A DNA stretch of 64,000 bases from Octopus sinensis (GCF_006345805.1 NC_043012.1:15004001-15068000); one strand, 5' to 3'. Counted from the stretch's first letter, positions 12,323-25,055 are shown. Numbers and translations are program-made. The notes: a model not told the origin generated them from the letters alone.

Positions 12323-12504
12323 TTTGTTATTGTAACACTAGAAATAAAAAGAAAGATAATGTAACAACTGCAAATTAGATTAATTACTTTGAATTTATTT
12401 CTCATTTCAGTGATTTAAATTGGAAAAAAAAAAATACTTGGAAGTAATTTGATTAAAAAGCTATTTTAATTTCTCAATGATCAAAAATCAAATGGAAATT
12501 GCGG

Positions 12505-12820
12505 TTGCGATACCTGTGCCGGTGGCATATAAAATGCACCATCCGTACGTGGCCGATGCCAGCGCCGCCTTGACTGGCTTCTGTGCCGGTGGCACATAAA
12601 AAGCGCCAACCGATCATGGCCATTGCCAGCCTACCCTGACACGTAAAAAGCACCCACTACACTCATGGAGTGGTTGGCGTTAGGAAGGGCATCCAGCCGT
12701 AGAAACACTGCCAGATCAGACTGGAGCCTGGTGCAGCCTCCTGGCTTCCCAGACCTCAGTCGAACCGTCCAACCCATGCTAGCATGGAAAGCGGACGTTA
12801 AACAATGACGATGATGATGA
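12505..12820 (+). mobile_element. RTE-tail-derived repeat
   Basis: family core plus (GAT)n tail. Confidence 0.85.
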
Positions 12821-13254
12821 ATGACTCCCAATTAAATCTGCCGTTTCTTCGCCTCCCCCCCATTACTTCTGTCTCTATTCTCACAAATCAATTCTTAACT
12901 ACATTGACTTGGTGTTCATATTTTACTTTCTCATGACTTTATACAGTGTTCACACAGTAAGAAGCATGCTTTGTAAATCATGTGATTCTGGGTTCAGTCT
13001 CATTGCGTAGCACTTCGGGCAAGTGTCATCTATAGTCCAGGTCAACTAACACCTTGTCAGTGCAGCAACTGTCACATATATATATATGTATGTATATCAT
13101 CATTTAACGTCCTCTTTTCCATACTGGCATGGATCACGCACACACAACAGAAGTAAATAGACACCTCATAAAACATTGTTTTATGTATATTCTAACTTGT
13201 GAAAGTTAATATTTTTTATTAATTGACATTTTTATGTTTTAGGGGTTTTATATG

Positions 13255-13482
13255 AGACTGGCCGTTGCCAGCCCCGCCTGGCACCTGTGCAGGTGGCACG
13301 TAAAAAGCACCCACTACACTCACGGAGTGGTTGGCGTTAGGAAGGGCATCCAGCTGTAGAAACATTGCCAGATAAGACTGGAGCCTGGTGCAGCCTTCTG
13401 GCTTCCCAGATCCCCGGTCGAACCGTCCAACCCATGCTAGCATGGAGAACGGACGTTAAACGATGATGATGATGATGATGAT
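13255..13482 (+). mobile_element. RTE-tail-derived repeat nested inside the Tc1 5' region
   Basis: family core with (GAT)n tail ending 8 nt before the transposase ATG, between the two TIRs. Confidence 0.85.
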
Positions 13483-13490
13483 GTCCAATC

Positions 13491-14470
13491 ATGCCATGTA
13501 CAAAGGAAGCCTTGGAACTGTCTGAATTTCAAAGAGGCCATATTGTAGGTCATTCTGAAGGTGGACATAGTCAGCGTAAAATTGCAGAAAACCTTGGAAT
13601 CCCACTTTCTACAGTTAATAGGGTGATTGTGCAATTCACCAGAGAGGGGAAGGAGTCCACATCACCTTGCCCAGATCAACCAGGGCCCTCCAAAGGACTC
13701 TTCTCTTTGCTAAAAGAAGTGTGAAGGATAATCCTTGTTGCAAGGCATCTGACACAGCAGAACAAGTTGATGTCAGTCCCAGAACAGCTGTTGGGTATCT
13801 CCACAAATTTGGTTACTATGGTAGAGCAACAAGAAGGAGGCCGCTTCTTCGACCAGCCAACATCAAGCAGAGAAAAGATTGGGCCAGTGTGATGATGGAG
13901 AGGCCACTAGCATTTTGGGACACTGTCATATTCTCTGGTGGGTTCAGATTTACTGTATTTCCTGACAGTGGTCAAGTGTGGGTTCGGAGACCCCGTGATC
14001 AAGAATTTGATGTGAAAAGATTGCAGCCAACAATGAAACATGGCAGTTATTCTGTGATGGTCTGGGGAGCAATTTGGAGCAATGGTTGATCAGAGCTGGT
14101 GGAGTGTGAGGGATAACATAAACTCAGATAAACATGTGTCCATATTGCAGAAAGGACTCCTTCCAATCTTCTCCAGTGGCGAAATGATTAAAGACTATTT
14201 ATGGAAGATGGGGCTCCTTGTCACACAGCTAAAATGATCCAAAATTTGTCAGATGAGAATGGCATTAAAAAGCTTCCATGGCCAAGCCAGTCACTAGATA
14301 TGAACCCTATTGAACACTTCTGGGGTATAATGGACAGGAGACTTCATAAAAAGAACAAGAAGGCATCTTCAAAGCCAGATTTTTTGAGATTACTGCATGA
14401 AACTTGGCAAGAAATTCTGCAAGAGAATATTCATCATCTGATCAGGACCCTAATAGGGTCTTTGCAATGA
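13491..14470 (+). pseudogene. Tc1 transposase pseudogene
   Basis: frameshifts near 13700 and 14110, in-frame TGA at 14087-14089, first catalytic D mutated (TVIFSGG instead of FSDE). Confidence 0.9.
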
Positions 14471-14607
14471 AAAATGCAAAGGCATGTCTACTAAATATAA
14501 CATATTCACATTATAACAATAAATAATTTGAATGTATAATTTCAGATTCAAATAAATTTTAATAATTATAAGGGCCTCTATTTACTTCTGTCATGTCTGT
14601 GTGTGTA

Positions 14608-14646
<39 letters not shown>

Positions 14647-15067
14647 AATACAAAAAATGGGACAAGAACGCAAAACATCTAGACAGATGATACAAAAAAG
14701 GGACAAGAAAAACATAAGGACAGGTCATTCAGAGTTTTCTTTCCTCAGTTGAGTTCCAGACAATCTTTGCAATTTTGGCTGGTTATACACGAGATTGCTC
14801 CAATCTGATCAGCCCCAAGGAAAAACAAAGCTAAGAGCACTGGATTCCTTGGAAAAAAGCAGCGAATGTATATGAAAACAAGGATGGGAAAAACCCCCAG
14901 ATAAATGGTATACAAATGCAAATAACAGGACATTAACAACAGGTGTTTTTCGACTAAGGACAAGAGATAGATAGATAGATGCACAAACACACTAGTATAT
15001 TACTCTACCCTTGGTCTGTGAGTACTACTTTTTCCCACCTTTTGCATCTATGAACTTACTTTGTACA

Positions 15068-15101
<34 letters not shown>

Positions 15102-15333
15102 AAGGTAAAAAGGGAGAAAATAGAAAGCTTCTAACAATGTGGAAAGGCTTATAAAACCTTTATATTTCAGGCACAAAGGCCCATCTTCAGAAGAAAAATA
15201 ATCTGGGAAATGTCCAGTTATGAAGGTTCCATTAACTCATTCAAATCCCCCAGGGATTTTGCACCTGAAATATAAAGGTTTTACAAAACTTCCCGCATTG
15301 TCAGAAGCCTTCAATTTTCTCCTTTTTTACCTT
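15102..15333. repeat. About 70-bp inverted repeat, probable Penelope-like pLTR remnant
   Basis: arms 15102-15171 and 15264-15333 are largely reverse-complementary; the left arm carries a hammerhead-like motif; adjacent 15000-15050 resembles 60840-60900. Confidence 0.65.
15157..15194 (-). ncRNA. Minimal type-I hammerhead ribozyme-like motif
   Basis: minus strand UCUU-CUGAAGA-U-GGGC-CUUUGU-GCCU-GAA-AUAU-A/AAGG: intact core, 4-bp stem II, palindromic stem III, 4-bp stem I. Confidence 0.62.
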
Positions 15334-16325
15334 CTTCAATATTACAATACTTCAAGCAAGCTACAGCCTTCTTATATATATGTGTGTATATATATATATA
15401 TGTATGTATAATAAATTCTCATTTCAGTACTTCTGCAACAACTGCCAGACATTGAATTCCTTGCATGCAATATAATGCTATTCAAACCCAAGTAACATCA
15501 TCATTATCAGTTTTAAGTCCTTTGAGACTTTAAGTATTTAGTTTTCGTAGCAGTTGTTGCAAAGCTGGAATCATCTTTGCTTTAGTAAAACCTTTTCTAA
15601 CTGATTTAATATTTGATTCTTCAGTTGGTTTTTCTAATCATTCCATGATGTTGTTACCATTCCTTATTATGATGTCCTCAATAAACTTTAAGACGTCCCC
15701 AAGGACTGAGGAGGGCTCCAAATCTCATGGGAGGGCCTCTGAGCATTGAAAAGAGGGTAAACAAATTACCACTATTGCTGCTTCAGTACAATGAACAAGA
15801 GATGGTCTGGGTCTGTTCATTAACTTTTGACACCACTCTATGCTGTTGGCTGCTTAACTTGATACCTTATTCACTTGGTCATCCACACTATCTGCCCGAA
15901 GATTTAGAACCTTAAAATATGTGTCCAGTATTGCTCGAAAACAGACAAGTTTATCAAGGAGTGAAAATATTTAACTCCGTTATTGAACCCCTGCATGGTT
16001 GCTCAATCTGCTAGAAACAGTAATCAAATCTCCCTCAAATCACACTATACTGTCTTAAAGAAGACATTGAATGATACAGTCCTACATAGTCCTGAAAAGA
16101 TGGGACTCGCAATTGGAATACTTTTGAACATAGCTATGCTCAATTAGAAACGAGTTGGAGAATTAGGCTGCCTCGTTAGCTCCTAGTTGTTATCTTTAGT
16201 AGTAGAAAAGGTCAACTTCTCTAACGAGCTCCAATGTGGTGCTGATTTTCGCTGGCACACTGGCTTTAAACCTGCTGGGATGAGAGGAGGTTGACACCTA
16301 ATTTCAAGAGTCCACAACGATAAGG

Positions 16326-16713
16326 TACTCTTTTACTTGTTTCAGTCATTTGACTGTGGCTATGCTGGAGCACCACCTTTCGTTGAGCAACTTGACCCCA
16401 GGACTTATTCTTTGTAAGCTTAGTACTTATTCTATCGGTTGCTTTTGCTGTACCACTAAGTTACGGGGACATAAACACACCAGCATCGGTTGTTAAGCGA
16501 TGTTGAGGGGATAAACACAGACACACAAACATACACACACATGCATATATACATATATACGATGGGCTTCTTTCAGTTTTCGTCTACCAAATCCACTCAC
16601 AAGGCTTTGGTCGGCCTGAGGCTGTAGTAGAAGACACTTGCCCAAGGTGCCACGCAGTGGGACTGAACCCAGAACCATGTGGTTGGTAAGCAAGCTACTT
16701 ACCACACAACCAC
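16326..16713 (-). mobile_element. Full-length tRNA-derived SINE with CORE-like segment and internal (TA/TG) tract
   Basis: head gtggttgtgtggtaag...gggttcagtccc, ccttgggcaagtgtcttc segment, tail gactgaaacaagtaaaagagta; copies at 20664, 36539, 48832, 49545, 57694, 63683. Confidence 0.88.
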
Positions 16714-19700
16714 TAAAAAAAAAAAAAAAACCAGCTGTTGCAGAATTAAGTGACCTGATCACAGACAATAGTGCTGAAGACAGGATACAAATCACTGACT
16801 AACCCTTCCGTTAGATGTCTGCTACTTGATTCCCACCCACCACATAAATGAAGGCTATTGCTTTAGCCTGCATTTATATTTCTCACAAAGCACTCTTTCA
16901 TCACAAGCTAATTTACTATTAATATTATAGTTTCACATTTTGGCGTAAGTTCGGCAATTTCAGGCTAGTGGGGAGTGAGTTACATCGACCCCAGTGATCA
17001 AACGGTAATTATTTTATCGATATCGAAAGGATGAAAGACAAGGGTTGACCTCGGTGTGAACTTAGAACGTAAAGACGGATGAAATGCCGATAAGCATGCT
17101 AACAATTCTGCCAGCTCGCCACGCTGTTCACTACTAATATTACCACCCTACAAGGTATGCGCTGCAGGGGTTTCTACGCCAAGGGTGAAGAACCTTGTTA
17201 ATACCCTGGGTAAATTATAAGGGCTAAGGGTGCTTCTGTAATGAAAAACCTGACTCATTTTACAAACAACGCGCCGAATAGGCAGATTTATTTTAGAGTC
17301 GATATATATATTGCCTTGCGGTATCAACTGTGGCTCTCTACGCTGAATTTCAAATCTTACTGAGTCTCGTCGTTTTGGTGTCGATAAATATAAATAAAAG
17401 ACTACTAGTGTCTGTCTCCCTACTTCTTTCTCCCTGCATCTCTCTCTCATTCGTTAATATTGCGCTGCTCTGTGAGAAGTGAATTGTGAGGCCCATTCAC
17501 ATGTTTTCTCCCGAAAAGGCAAAAGGATAGAACGAGGTGCGAGCAACCTCTTCGCAGAAAAACAAGAAGCTTTATCTACCGTCTCGGGACGGAGGCCGTT
17601 GGGCAAACTCAGTTCACAACTTATATCAAATTATTGTTTTGCCCCTAAGTCTGAGACCATTTACTTTCATCCTTTGCAAGTAATTCGAGACATAGCCAGC
17701 GAGTGGTTTTAGAATTAAATGGAGGCGAGAACGTTTCACCGTGCTAGAAACACCTGTGAAATACCCCTGACCACATCTTACCCTCTTCAAATACGAAGTA
17801 CACATTAGAAAATAATCTTCTACAAAAAGATGTCCACAGCTGTAACACACCTATGCACAGGTCTGCTCAATCACCCAGACAAAACCATTCACGAGCACAC
17901 ATACCTCAAACATGGCATTGTAACATTTCTATACCAATTAAATGTCATTTCGCGTCAGGCATTTTAGATAGAATTACTTAATGACGTTTTAATGATTCAG
18001 GAAATTAATCTACATCACAGCGTTTTTCGAACGATATTTTAAGAAGACTGAAGCTAGGATTTCGATCCTAGAGTTTCTCAATTATTAAAGTGGATCCACC
18101 GTTGGCCGTCGAAATTGTAAAAAAAAAAAAAAAAAAATTTTTTTAATTTAAAAATCCAAATAAATGTTAAATATTAATTATATTTGCCAGCGGGCTGCGG
18201 TAAAGTTCATCGGAATGTGTCGAACACACTTCTAGTTTGTCTACAGTGTTGCATGTACGGAAAGTGTTTAATCCAAGGTAATTAGTGAGGGCGAAGCGTC
18301 AGCGCCAATCCGAATATCGCAGCATGTTAATTGTTTTTTCCTTTCCTAATACAGTTTCTATCTGAATACAGCTCAACCTAGATTTTAAATTACTCTGTTA
18401 TAAATCTAGAATATTTCTTAGGCACAAACTTTTTCTTACGAGTGAGGGCTATAGATTAGCAATGGTGAGGAGATCGTAGGATGTCGATTAAAGGTTATGA
18501 AAGGCAAGATAGCCTAGTTATTCAAACATTGGACTACCGTTTAAGACTCACAAGCAAACCCGTGGAAGGGTGGTAACAAACCCAAGCCGAGATTGACAAG
18601 TTCCCCCAAGTAAACACGTAACCTCTTTTTTAACAGCACATTAACTATTTTCGAAATCAATGTCAAACATAAATGATTTATGTTTGGCTTACAGGTAAAA
18701 TAAACCTATACATGTAGTGTATGAGATATACTTATAAATATCAGAAGAACAAAAATATCATTTATAAAAAAAACGTTTTTTTACTGAAGAATTCTCTCTT
18801 TATCTTTAAGAAGGGATAGATATAGGCCCTCATAAATAAATAAAAATATCATAGACTGTTGGTCAACTGGCCTTGTTTAGCCCCTCCTCTGGTCACACGT
18901 TCATACCCGGAACTAGTGCAGAACACTTTACTTTTCACAGCTGGCGAGGCCTGATGTCAGTTTCCTACCTGACTGGTTCACACTCAGACCACCAAAGGTC
19001 AACGAGGAATCTCTACGTAAGTCAGTCGTTCAACCCTTAAGAAAAAGTAGCGAAATTTCCTGCAAATAGCATCTTGCCGGCTTAAAAAGTCTAGATCTAC
19101 TCAAGCAAGGTCAAACAGCAATAACAATTCGGATCAGAGTCCACAGGTTCTCTCTCCTCCATTCACTCACTCATACCACACACACACACACACTCTCTCT
19201 TGGTCCAGGATCTGTGCTTTGGTTGGTTCTAATTACAATTCTAGTTCTGCAACAGATTCTGAGATTCCTTGCAGCTATGTAAAGTATATAAAGTCACGTT
19301 TAAAAAATATATTATACAATTAAAGTAGATAACTTCCAAAGAAATGACAAAAATGTAACTGTATGCAGAATTAATCTTTAAAAATAAGTAAATAAAAATC
19401 AGAGGAATCCAAAGTTTGTAGGAATCGGTAGAAAAAAGTGAATAAAATTAAATTCACTTTTTGTTTTGTTTTAATTTTAAAAGGCCAAAAATCGGTGACA
19501 CGAAAGATGCGCTTGAAAAGCTGAAAGTGCGACGGGAGTTGAAATCTAATTTAGAATTTCTTTATTTAATGTCGGTTGTTATCAGATAAGAAATAGTTTT
19601 GCGCATTCCAGATTTATAATGGAGAAAGTAAAAGTCTTCATAAAACTGTATTTTCTTCATATGCAATGGATAATCGTTTTCACTAATAAATATATTAGAC

Positions 19701-20663
19701 TAGAAATAAACAATGAAAAATAAATCCGATTAACAAGCGATGTGTGTGTGAGGGAGAAGATGAAAAAAGCGTGTTGCATAATACTGAATAAAATATAAAT
19801 AACCAAATGGTATTCAAAAGAATCTTTTTATACATACGCACAATTATAAAATATAATCTACACTTCGGTTGCTATCTCAGAAGTATTCCTTTAAATCAAT
19901 TTCGATTTCTTGTACATCTTTAATGGTCAAGGAATGCATGATTTTATAATCTTCTCCTTCCCAACTTATAGTTTTATAATCTCATCATTTTCCCTTTAAA
20001 TTTGCGACTTAAATCATTATCTTAAACAAAACATTTGTTTATGTTACGAAGCAGAAATCCATTTCCTTATATAGTAATCTTCACCGCGCACTGGCAAACA
20101 CATGGCTTGACAAGTATCGGATGTTTAATAAGTAAACAACTTTTAATCTATGCGTAAATTAACAAACATTATTAAAATTATTCACAGAAATTAAGGTGAT
20201 CAATCACCAGGTAAATGATCGGTCACCACCTATTTTTAATATTCGATTTACTTTTCAAAGTAACCTAGAGTTGAAATTACGGCAAACTTATTTATTTATT
20301 TATAAAACTTATCTACTTTTCAATATAAATTATGCAAATATAAATTATGCAAAGTAGATAAAACGCCAAAATAATTACTCAATATTAATTAAAATCGAAT
20401 CGTTCGTATCCAAGAGAGATGTTAGAAAGTTTTGTTCAACTTACGTAAAAATTAAACTGTCGGTGAATGACAAATAAATATTGTTGTCTTGTCTCAGGAT
20501 GTTGTAACAACTGTTTAGAAGCACTTTTTCTCTCTTCTGCCTCCCACTCTGTCTCACTTGGTTATCTTAGATGTACGATTGCTACTTTTTTTTTTATTCA
20601 TACATAAAAAACTTGTGCGTGCGCTGCTGTGAATGTGTGTGTGAAATGATCATTCGGTGGAAG

Positions 20664-21012
20664 GGTACTCTTTTACTTGTTTCAGTCATTTGACTGCGGC
20701 CATGCTGGAGCACCGCCTTTTAGTCGAGCAAATCGACCCCAGGACTTATTCTTTGTAAGCCTAGTAACTTATTCTATCGGTCTTTTTTGCCGAACCGCTA
20801 AGTTACGGAGGACGTAAACACACCAGCATCGGGCGTAACTTCGGTATAAGTACCGGAAGTACCGGATACATTTCAAGAAAGTGGGTTTTTTTAATATATA
20901 TATATGGGGGGTTAGGGTTAGGGGTGGGAGAAAAGGGTTTCTGTTATCTTCAGAAATGTAAACAAAGCCACTTACGGTACCTATACCGAAGGATTGCCCA
21001 GCATCGGTTGTA
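20664..21012 (-). mobile_element. SINE 3' half interrupted by a MITE
   Basis: same family as 16326-16713; split at ccagcatcg. Confidence 0.8.
20832..20998. mobile_element. 167-bp MITE with 8-bp TSD (Merlin-like GG termini)
   Basis: TIR ggcgtaacttcggtataagtaccg versus ggcaatccttcggtataggtaccg; TSD cagcatcg at 20824-20831 and 20999-21006 restores the host SINE. Confidence 0.82.
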
Positions 21013-21210
21013 AAAAAAAAACCCAGGGCCATCTAAAAAAAATACATTTTGATAATTGTTCAGTTTGGTTAGATTAAAAAAGTAAATAAAAATTAAGGGG
21101 GAGATAAGTCTGCTTCTTCCACAACATTGACTCTGGCCAACGAATAGATTTGCTCCTTTTACAACGCTTGCAGTAACCTTACCACGTGTAGTAAGGCCAC
21201 ATGGTGAATA

Positions 21211-21400
21211 GCGGTATTTCGTCTGTCGTTACGTTCTGAGTTCAAATTCCGCCGAGGTCGACTTTGCCTTTCATCCTTTCGGGGTCGATAAATAAAGTAC
21301 CAGTTACGCACTGGGGTCGATGTAATCGACTTAATACCTATGTCTGTCATTGTTTGTCCCCTCTGTGTTTAGCCCCTTGTGGGTAATAAAGAAATAGGTA
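21211..21400 (+). mobile_element. 5'-truncated SINE (family of 3292)
   Basis: gcggtatttcgtctg...gagttcaaattcc...ends aagaaataggtat. Confidence 0.85.
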
Positions 21401-22043
21401 TACATATTCATAATTAGTCGACGCCGTGCCAACCACTGAAGAATGTTGTCTCAGCTTTTCCTAATTGAATAATAGTCTACGATTCCTCTAAAATTGATTC
21501 GTCCCTTTGCCTCTACTTTATCTCACCCACCCACCCTTAATTTTTATTTACTTTTTTACTCTAACCAAAACTGAACAATTACCTAAATATATGCCCGAAA
21601 TGTGAGATAAAAAGATACGTTGTGTGTGGTGGTGCGTCGAACAGATAGGCGAACAAATGTGTGAGGGACGTATAGAATACAAAAGAGACATGATGGAAAG
21701 AGAATGGTGCCAGTAACAGATACACAGATGTACAAAGTAGGAGGAAGAACGATGGGGGCTGCAGAAGAAAATAGAACTTTACCGAAATGTAGAAGTAGCA
21801 ACAAAATACGTGAAACGAAGAAAGAGAAGCTGAGAAAGCGGAGCAACAGAAAGATGTGCAAAGGAAGAGATAAAGAATTAGGGAAAGAGAGGAGCAGCAA
21901 ATAGAGACACAGATATTGTATGAAGGGGGAATAGAAAAGTGCCTTTCTCCAGTTTTATAATTGACGATTTCTTGTTGATTCTGTAGAAAATGTTAGCCAC
22001 GCTTTCATTGGGTTTACTTGAAATGCTATAAGATAAGAAGCAA

Positions 22044-22453
22044 GGGATCTTTTCGGTTTGAACGACAGTTTATTAAAATAATTTCCACGTAACTAAACAC
22101 TTTTAAACTTCGTATACTGGTAGAATGTGTTTATAAAACATCTTTTTCTCTTGGCTTTATTGAAAAAATTCTATAGTTTGTAAGATATTTGTTGTTCTTT
22201 TTCTGCAATTTCAACCAATCAATGACGTCTATTGAGGTGAAAACATTCTGTGTCGTGTGAATATGTCCATCGTTTAAGAAACAGATTGGGTTTATTTACA
22301 TTTCTGAAGAAAAAAAGATATCCTCCCCCCCCCCAACCCTAGCCCTAACCCTAAAAGAGATTGAAATGCAATAGATCGATACTAGGGTCATAATTGTGGG
22401 TGACAATTTCATATGACACCGCTAGAAAAAACTGCCGTTCAAACCGAAAAGAT
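22044..22453. mobile_element. About 410-bp MITE with 25-bp TIRs (MULE/Merlin-like; TSD length ambiguous)
   Basis: atcttttcggtttgaacgacagttt versus aaactgccgttcaaaccgaaaagat (24/25); flanking direct repeat aagaagcaa at 22035-22043 and 22454-22462. Confidence 0.8.
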
Positions 22454-22954
22454 AAGAAGCAAGCTTAAATACCCTAATTTTTTTTAACCCGGGTGGAAAG
22501 AAGTTTTAGGAATTCTTGAAACATTAGAACTCCTTTTTGTCACAGATTTTCTTTACACCCCCCCCCCCCAGACAATACTTAAATATGGAGAGTAACGTTG
22601 TTGGATGGGTTGTGGCGTTGCTCTCCGGACGACCATCTTATGAGTGCGACACTCTTAGGTTTGCTGTATAAGCCTGGATACGTTTGGGGGTCTCGGAGGG
22701 GAGCGACAAACTCAAAGGATGCCTCGGACGGCACAAACTCTCTAACTACACTACTGGATACGGGCAGATTTCGCAGTCTGATCAGGTCCAATATTTTCCA
22801 TAATTACACACACATAGCCTTTTGGTTAAACCTGCTATATTTGTATGTATGTTTGCACGGAATTACTGGTACTTGGGATAGGGTCCTTAATGTTCATAAC
22901 ATCAACTTCATAAGAATAATCACATTTAGGATCGCAATAATAACTCTAGCACTA

Positions 22955-23213
22955 AGGCGGAATTTGAACTCAGAACGTAATAGCAGACGAAATACCTATT
23001 TCTTTACTGCTCACAAGGGGCTACACACAGAGGGGACAAACAAGGACATACAAACGGATTAAGTCGATTATATCGACCCCAGTGCGTAACTGGTACTTAA
23101 TTTAATCGACCCCGAAAGGTAAAGTCGACCTCGGCGGAACTTGAACTCAGAACGTAACGGCAGACGAAATACGGCTACGCATTTCGCCCGGCGTGCTAAC
23201 GTTTCTGCCAGCT
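22955..23213 (-). mobile_element. SINE head-to-tail dimer (one full unit plus a partial unit)
   Basis: junction gaaatacct|atttctttac at 22997/22998, identical to the junctions in the 36895 trimer. Confidence 0.85.
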
Positions 23214-23233
23214 TAGTGTTAGAATTATCTCAC

Positions 23234-24154
23234 TGTTATATATACACGAGTACAGACGTAGTAGATAACAGCTAGCCTTCGGCAGCCCTTTTACACCTTG
23301 TTGTATCTAGTACCCTGATTGGTTGGTATTGGCGCAATTTGCCTCTTACTCTGTTACGCGCCAATATGCAACTCAACCAATCGCAGCCTTCTGACAAGGT
23401 CTCATGAAACAGTCGTTTCTAAACCTCAGTTTGCGCTGACTGGTCCCTATAAAACTCTAGCAACACATCGAGTTGACGTCTTTCGGTTCCAGACCTTTAA
23501 GGTCTAGCCACTGATCACAGAGCACACAGCCAGTTCCAACGACAGCACAACAGCAGCCACATGGATACGCAGCAACACTCTTCCAACAGCATACGGCAGT
23601 CATTTTCTTCGTCGCCTCCGTCATCTTAATGTCATCAATATCTCTCTACGTACACAGCAACCAGCAACACTCGCACAGGTTCTAACTCTTCGCTGTTCGT
23701 GAATTACTTCACCATGGTTAATAGCAACCACAACCTGTATGAACCTTCGGTACCAAGTAATCGGCTCTGCATGGTAGCCACAGCTTCTTACATGACATGT
23801 GCCTCAACCGACTCTGCATAGCAGCCTCGACTTCTTGTTACAGCACTTCAACTAACGTGTACCTTGACTACGAACTGGAATCTATCATCCTTGTGTCTGA
23901 ACATTCTTCTAAAGTTGTATTATAGACTCTTTCATTGCTCTGTACTTAATGCACACACATACACTTTGTATACCTGACAGCCTGTCTATTATTATGTATA
24001 TATAACACATATACACACATTTTAACATATAAATAAAATCTCTTAAACATTCTACCCGGTTGTATCTCTCTTTTCCTTCTGGCACTTGTACTCATTCATA
24101 CTTTTCGTATTTATTGTAGTCGACCGTGTGGTGTACTAAAGGAGCCCGTTTTCA
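23234..24154 (+). mobile_element. Solo-LTR-like element (3' end uncertain: 24007, 24154 or 24184)
   Basis: TG start shared with the copy at 30058; CCAAT boxes (23318 reverse, 23361, 23377), TATAAAA 23448, AATAAA 24032; the CA end at 24154 is flanked by a 4-bp TCAC repeat. Confidence 0.62.
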
Positions 24155-24357
24155 TCACCCCCTCCTTCGCACGGTCGTTCTACATGTGCAAATACCAAAA
24201 TAATTTATTTACAATAGTTATTTTTATTTCTTATATACCATTAAAAGTATACACCTTTACTGACTTAAGTGATATGATAACTTGCTGTGTTAAGATGGTA
24301 TATGTTCAGTTCCGAAAGTTTGTAATTACAAGTTTGAACGGTGCAGTAACACACACA

Positions 24358-24400
<43 letters not shown>

Positions 24401-25055
24401 TAGGAGCAACAATTTTCAATCTCAACATTAATAATAAACCAAACATTTGAATAAAAATAATAATAATTTGAGTGATGTAGAAATAGCGTTAAACGTATGT
24501 TTTTGAATGAGTTTTTGTGTGTTTTTTTTCTTCTGGTCTATGGGGAAACCACAATCAAAAGGAAGGATAGCGAAAACCGAATGATGGATGCAAAGATACT
24601 CAAATAAGTGAATATTCCAGATAGTGAGGTGGCAAAGAAACCGATGGAAACATACGATACATGCGTGTTGAAAATACAAATGGATCTTTATGCTGTGTAT
24701 TTATTGATGCAAGCAGATCTAAATGATGTGTGTGCGAGATGCAAGTGAGTCTGCATGATGTAGTTCTGCACGAGGTGTGCCCAACACGCAAGTATGTTTT
24801 CATGATGTGTGCACGAGATGCAAGTGATATTTGTATGATGTGAGTACTTTGTAGAAATTCTTTAGAAAGTGAATGAGCATTAGTATTGATGTTTTAGCAA
24901 TCATAGAAATATGACTTTACGTTCCCGGCTATCACAAACTATCCAGAAAACTGAGCACGATATTAATGAGAAAAAGTTTATTATGGAATTATACAAACAG
25001 GAGATTATTTATGGCCATTCAAATAAGGTAAGTGTCGGTGAAAATTGTTTGATTA

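Larger units (their letters stand above)
13139..14606 (+). mobile_element. Decayed Tc1-family (DD34E) DNA transposon
   Basis: perfect 15-bp inverted repeat acagaagtaaataga (13147-13161 / 14577-14591); fragmented transposase in ORFs 13491-13724, 13667-14089 and 14201-14470 with HTH, SVMVWG, EDGAPCH and DMNPIE; 34 residues between the second D and E. Confidence 0.93.

Noticed and set aside
14715-14755. Minus-strand CUGAGGA...GAAU hammerhead-like motif
   Set aside because: GAAU instead of GAAA, weak stem II and no stem I partner.
15420-15720. Protein-like minus-strand frame (GDVLKFIEDII...)
   Set aside because: Four stops in about 95 codons is near chance for this AT content; no family recognised.
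20905-20925. Interstitial telomere relic (TTAGGG), also near 22340
   Set aside because: Only 2-3 units, and they are internal parts of MITEs.
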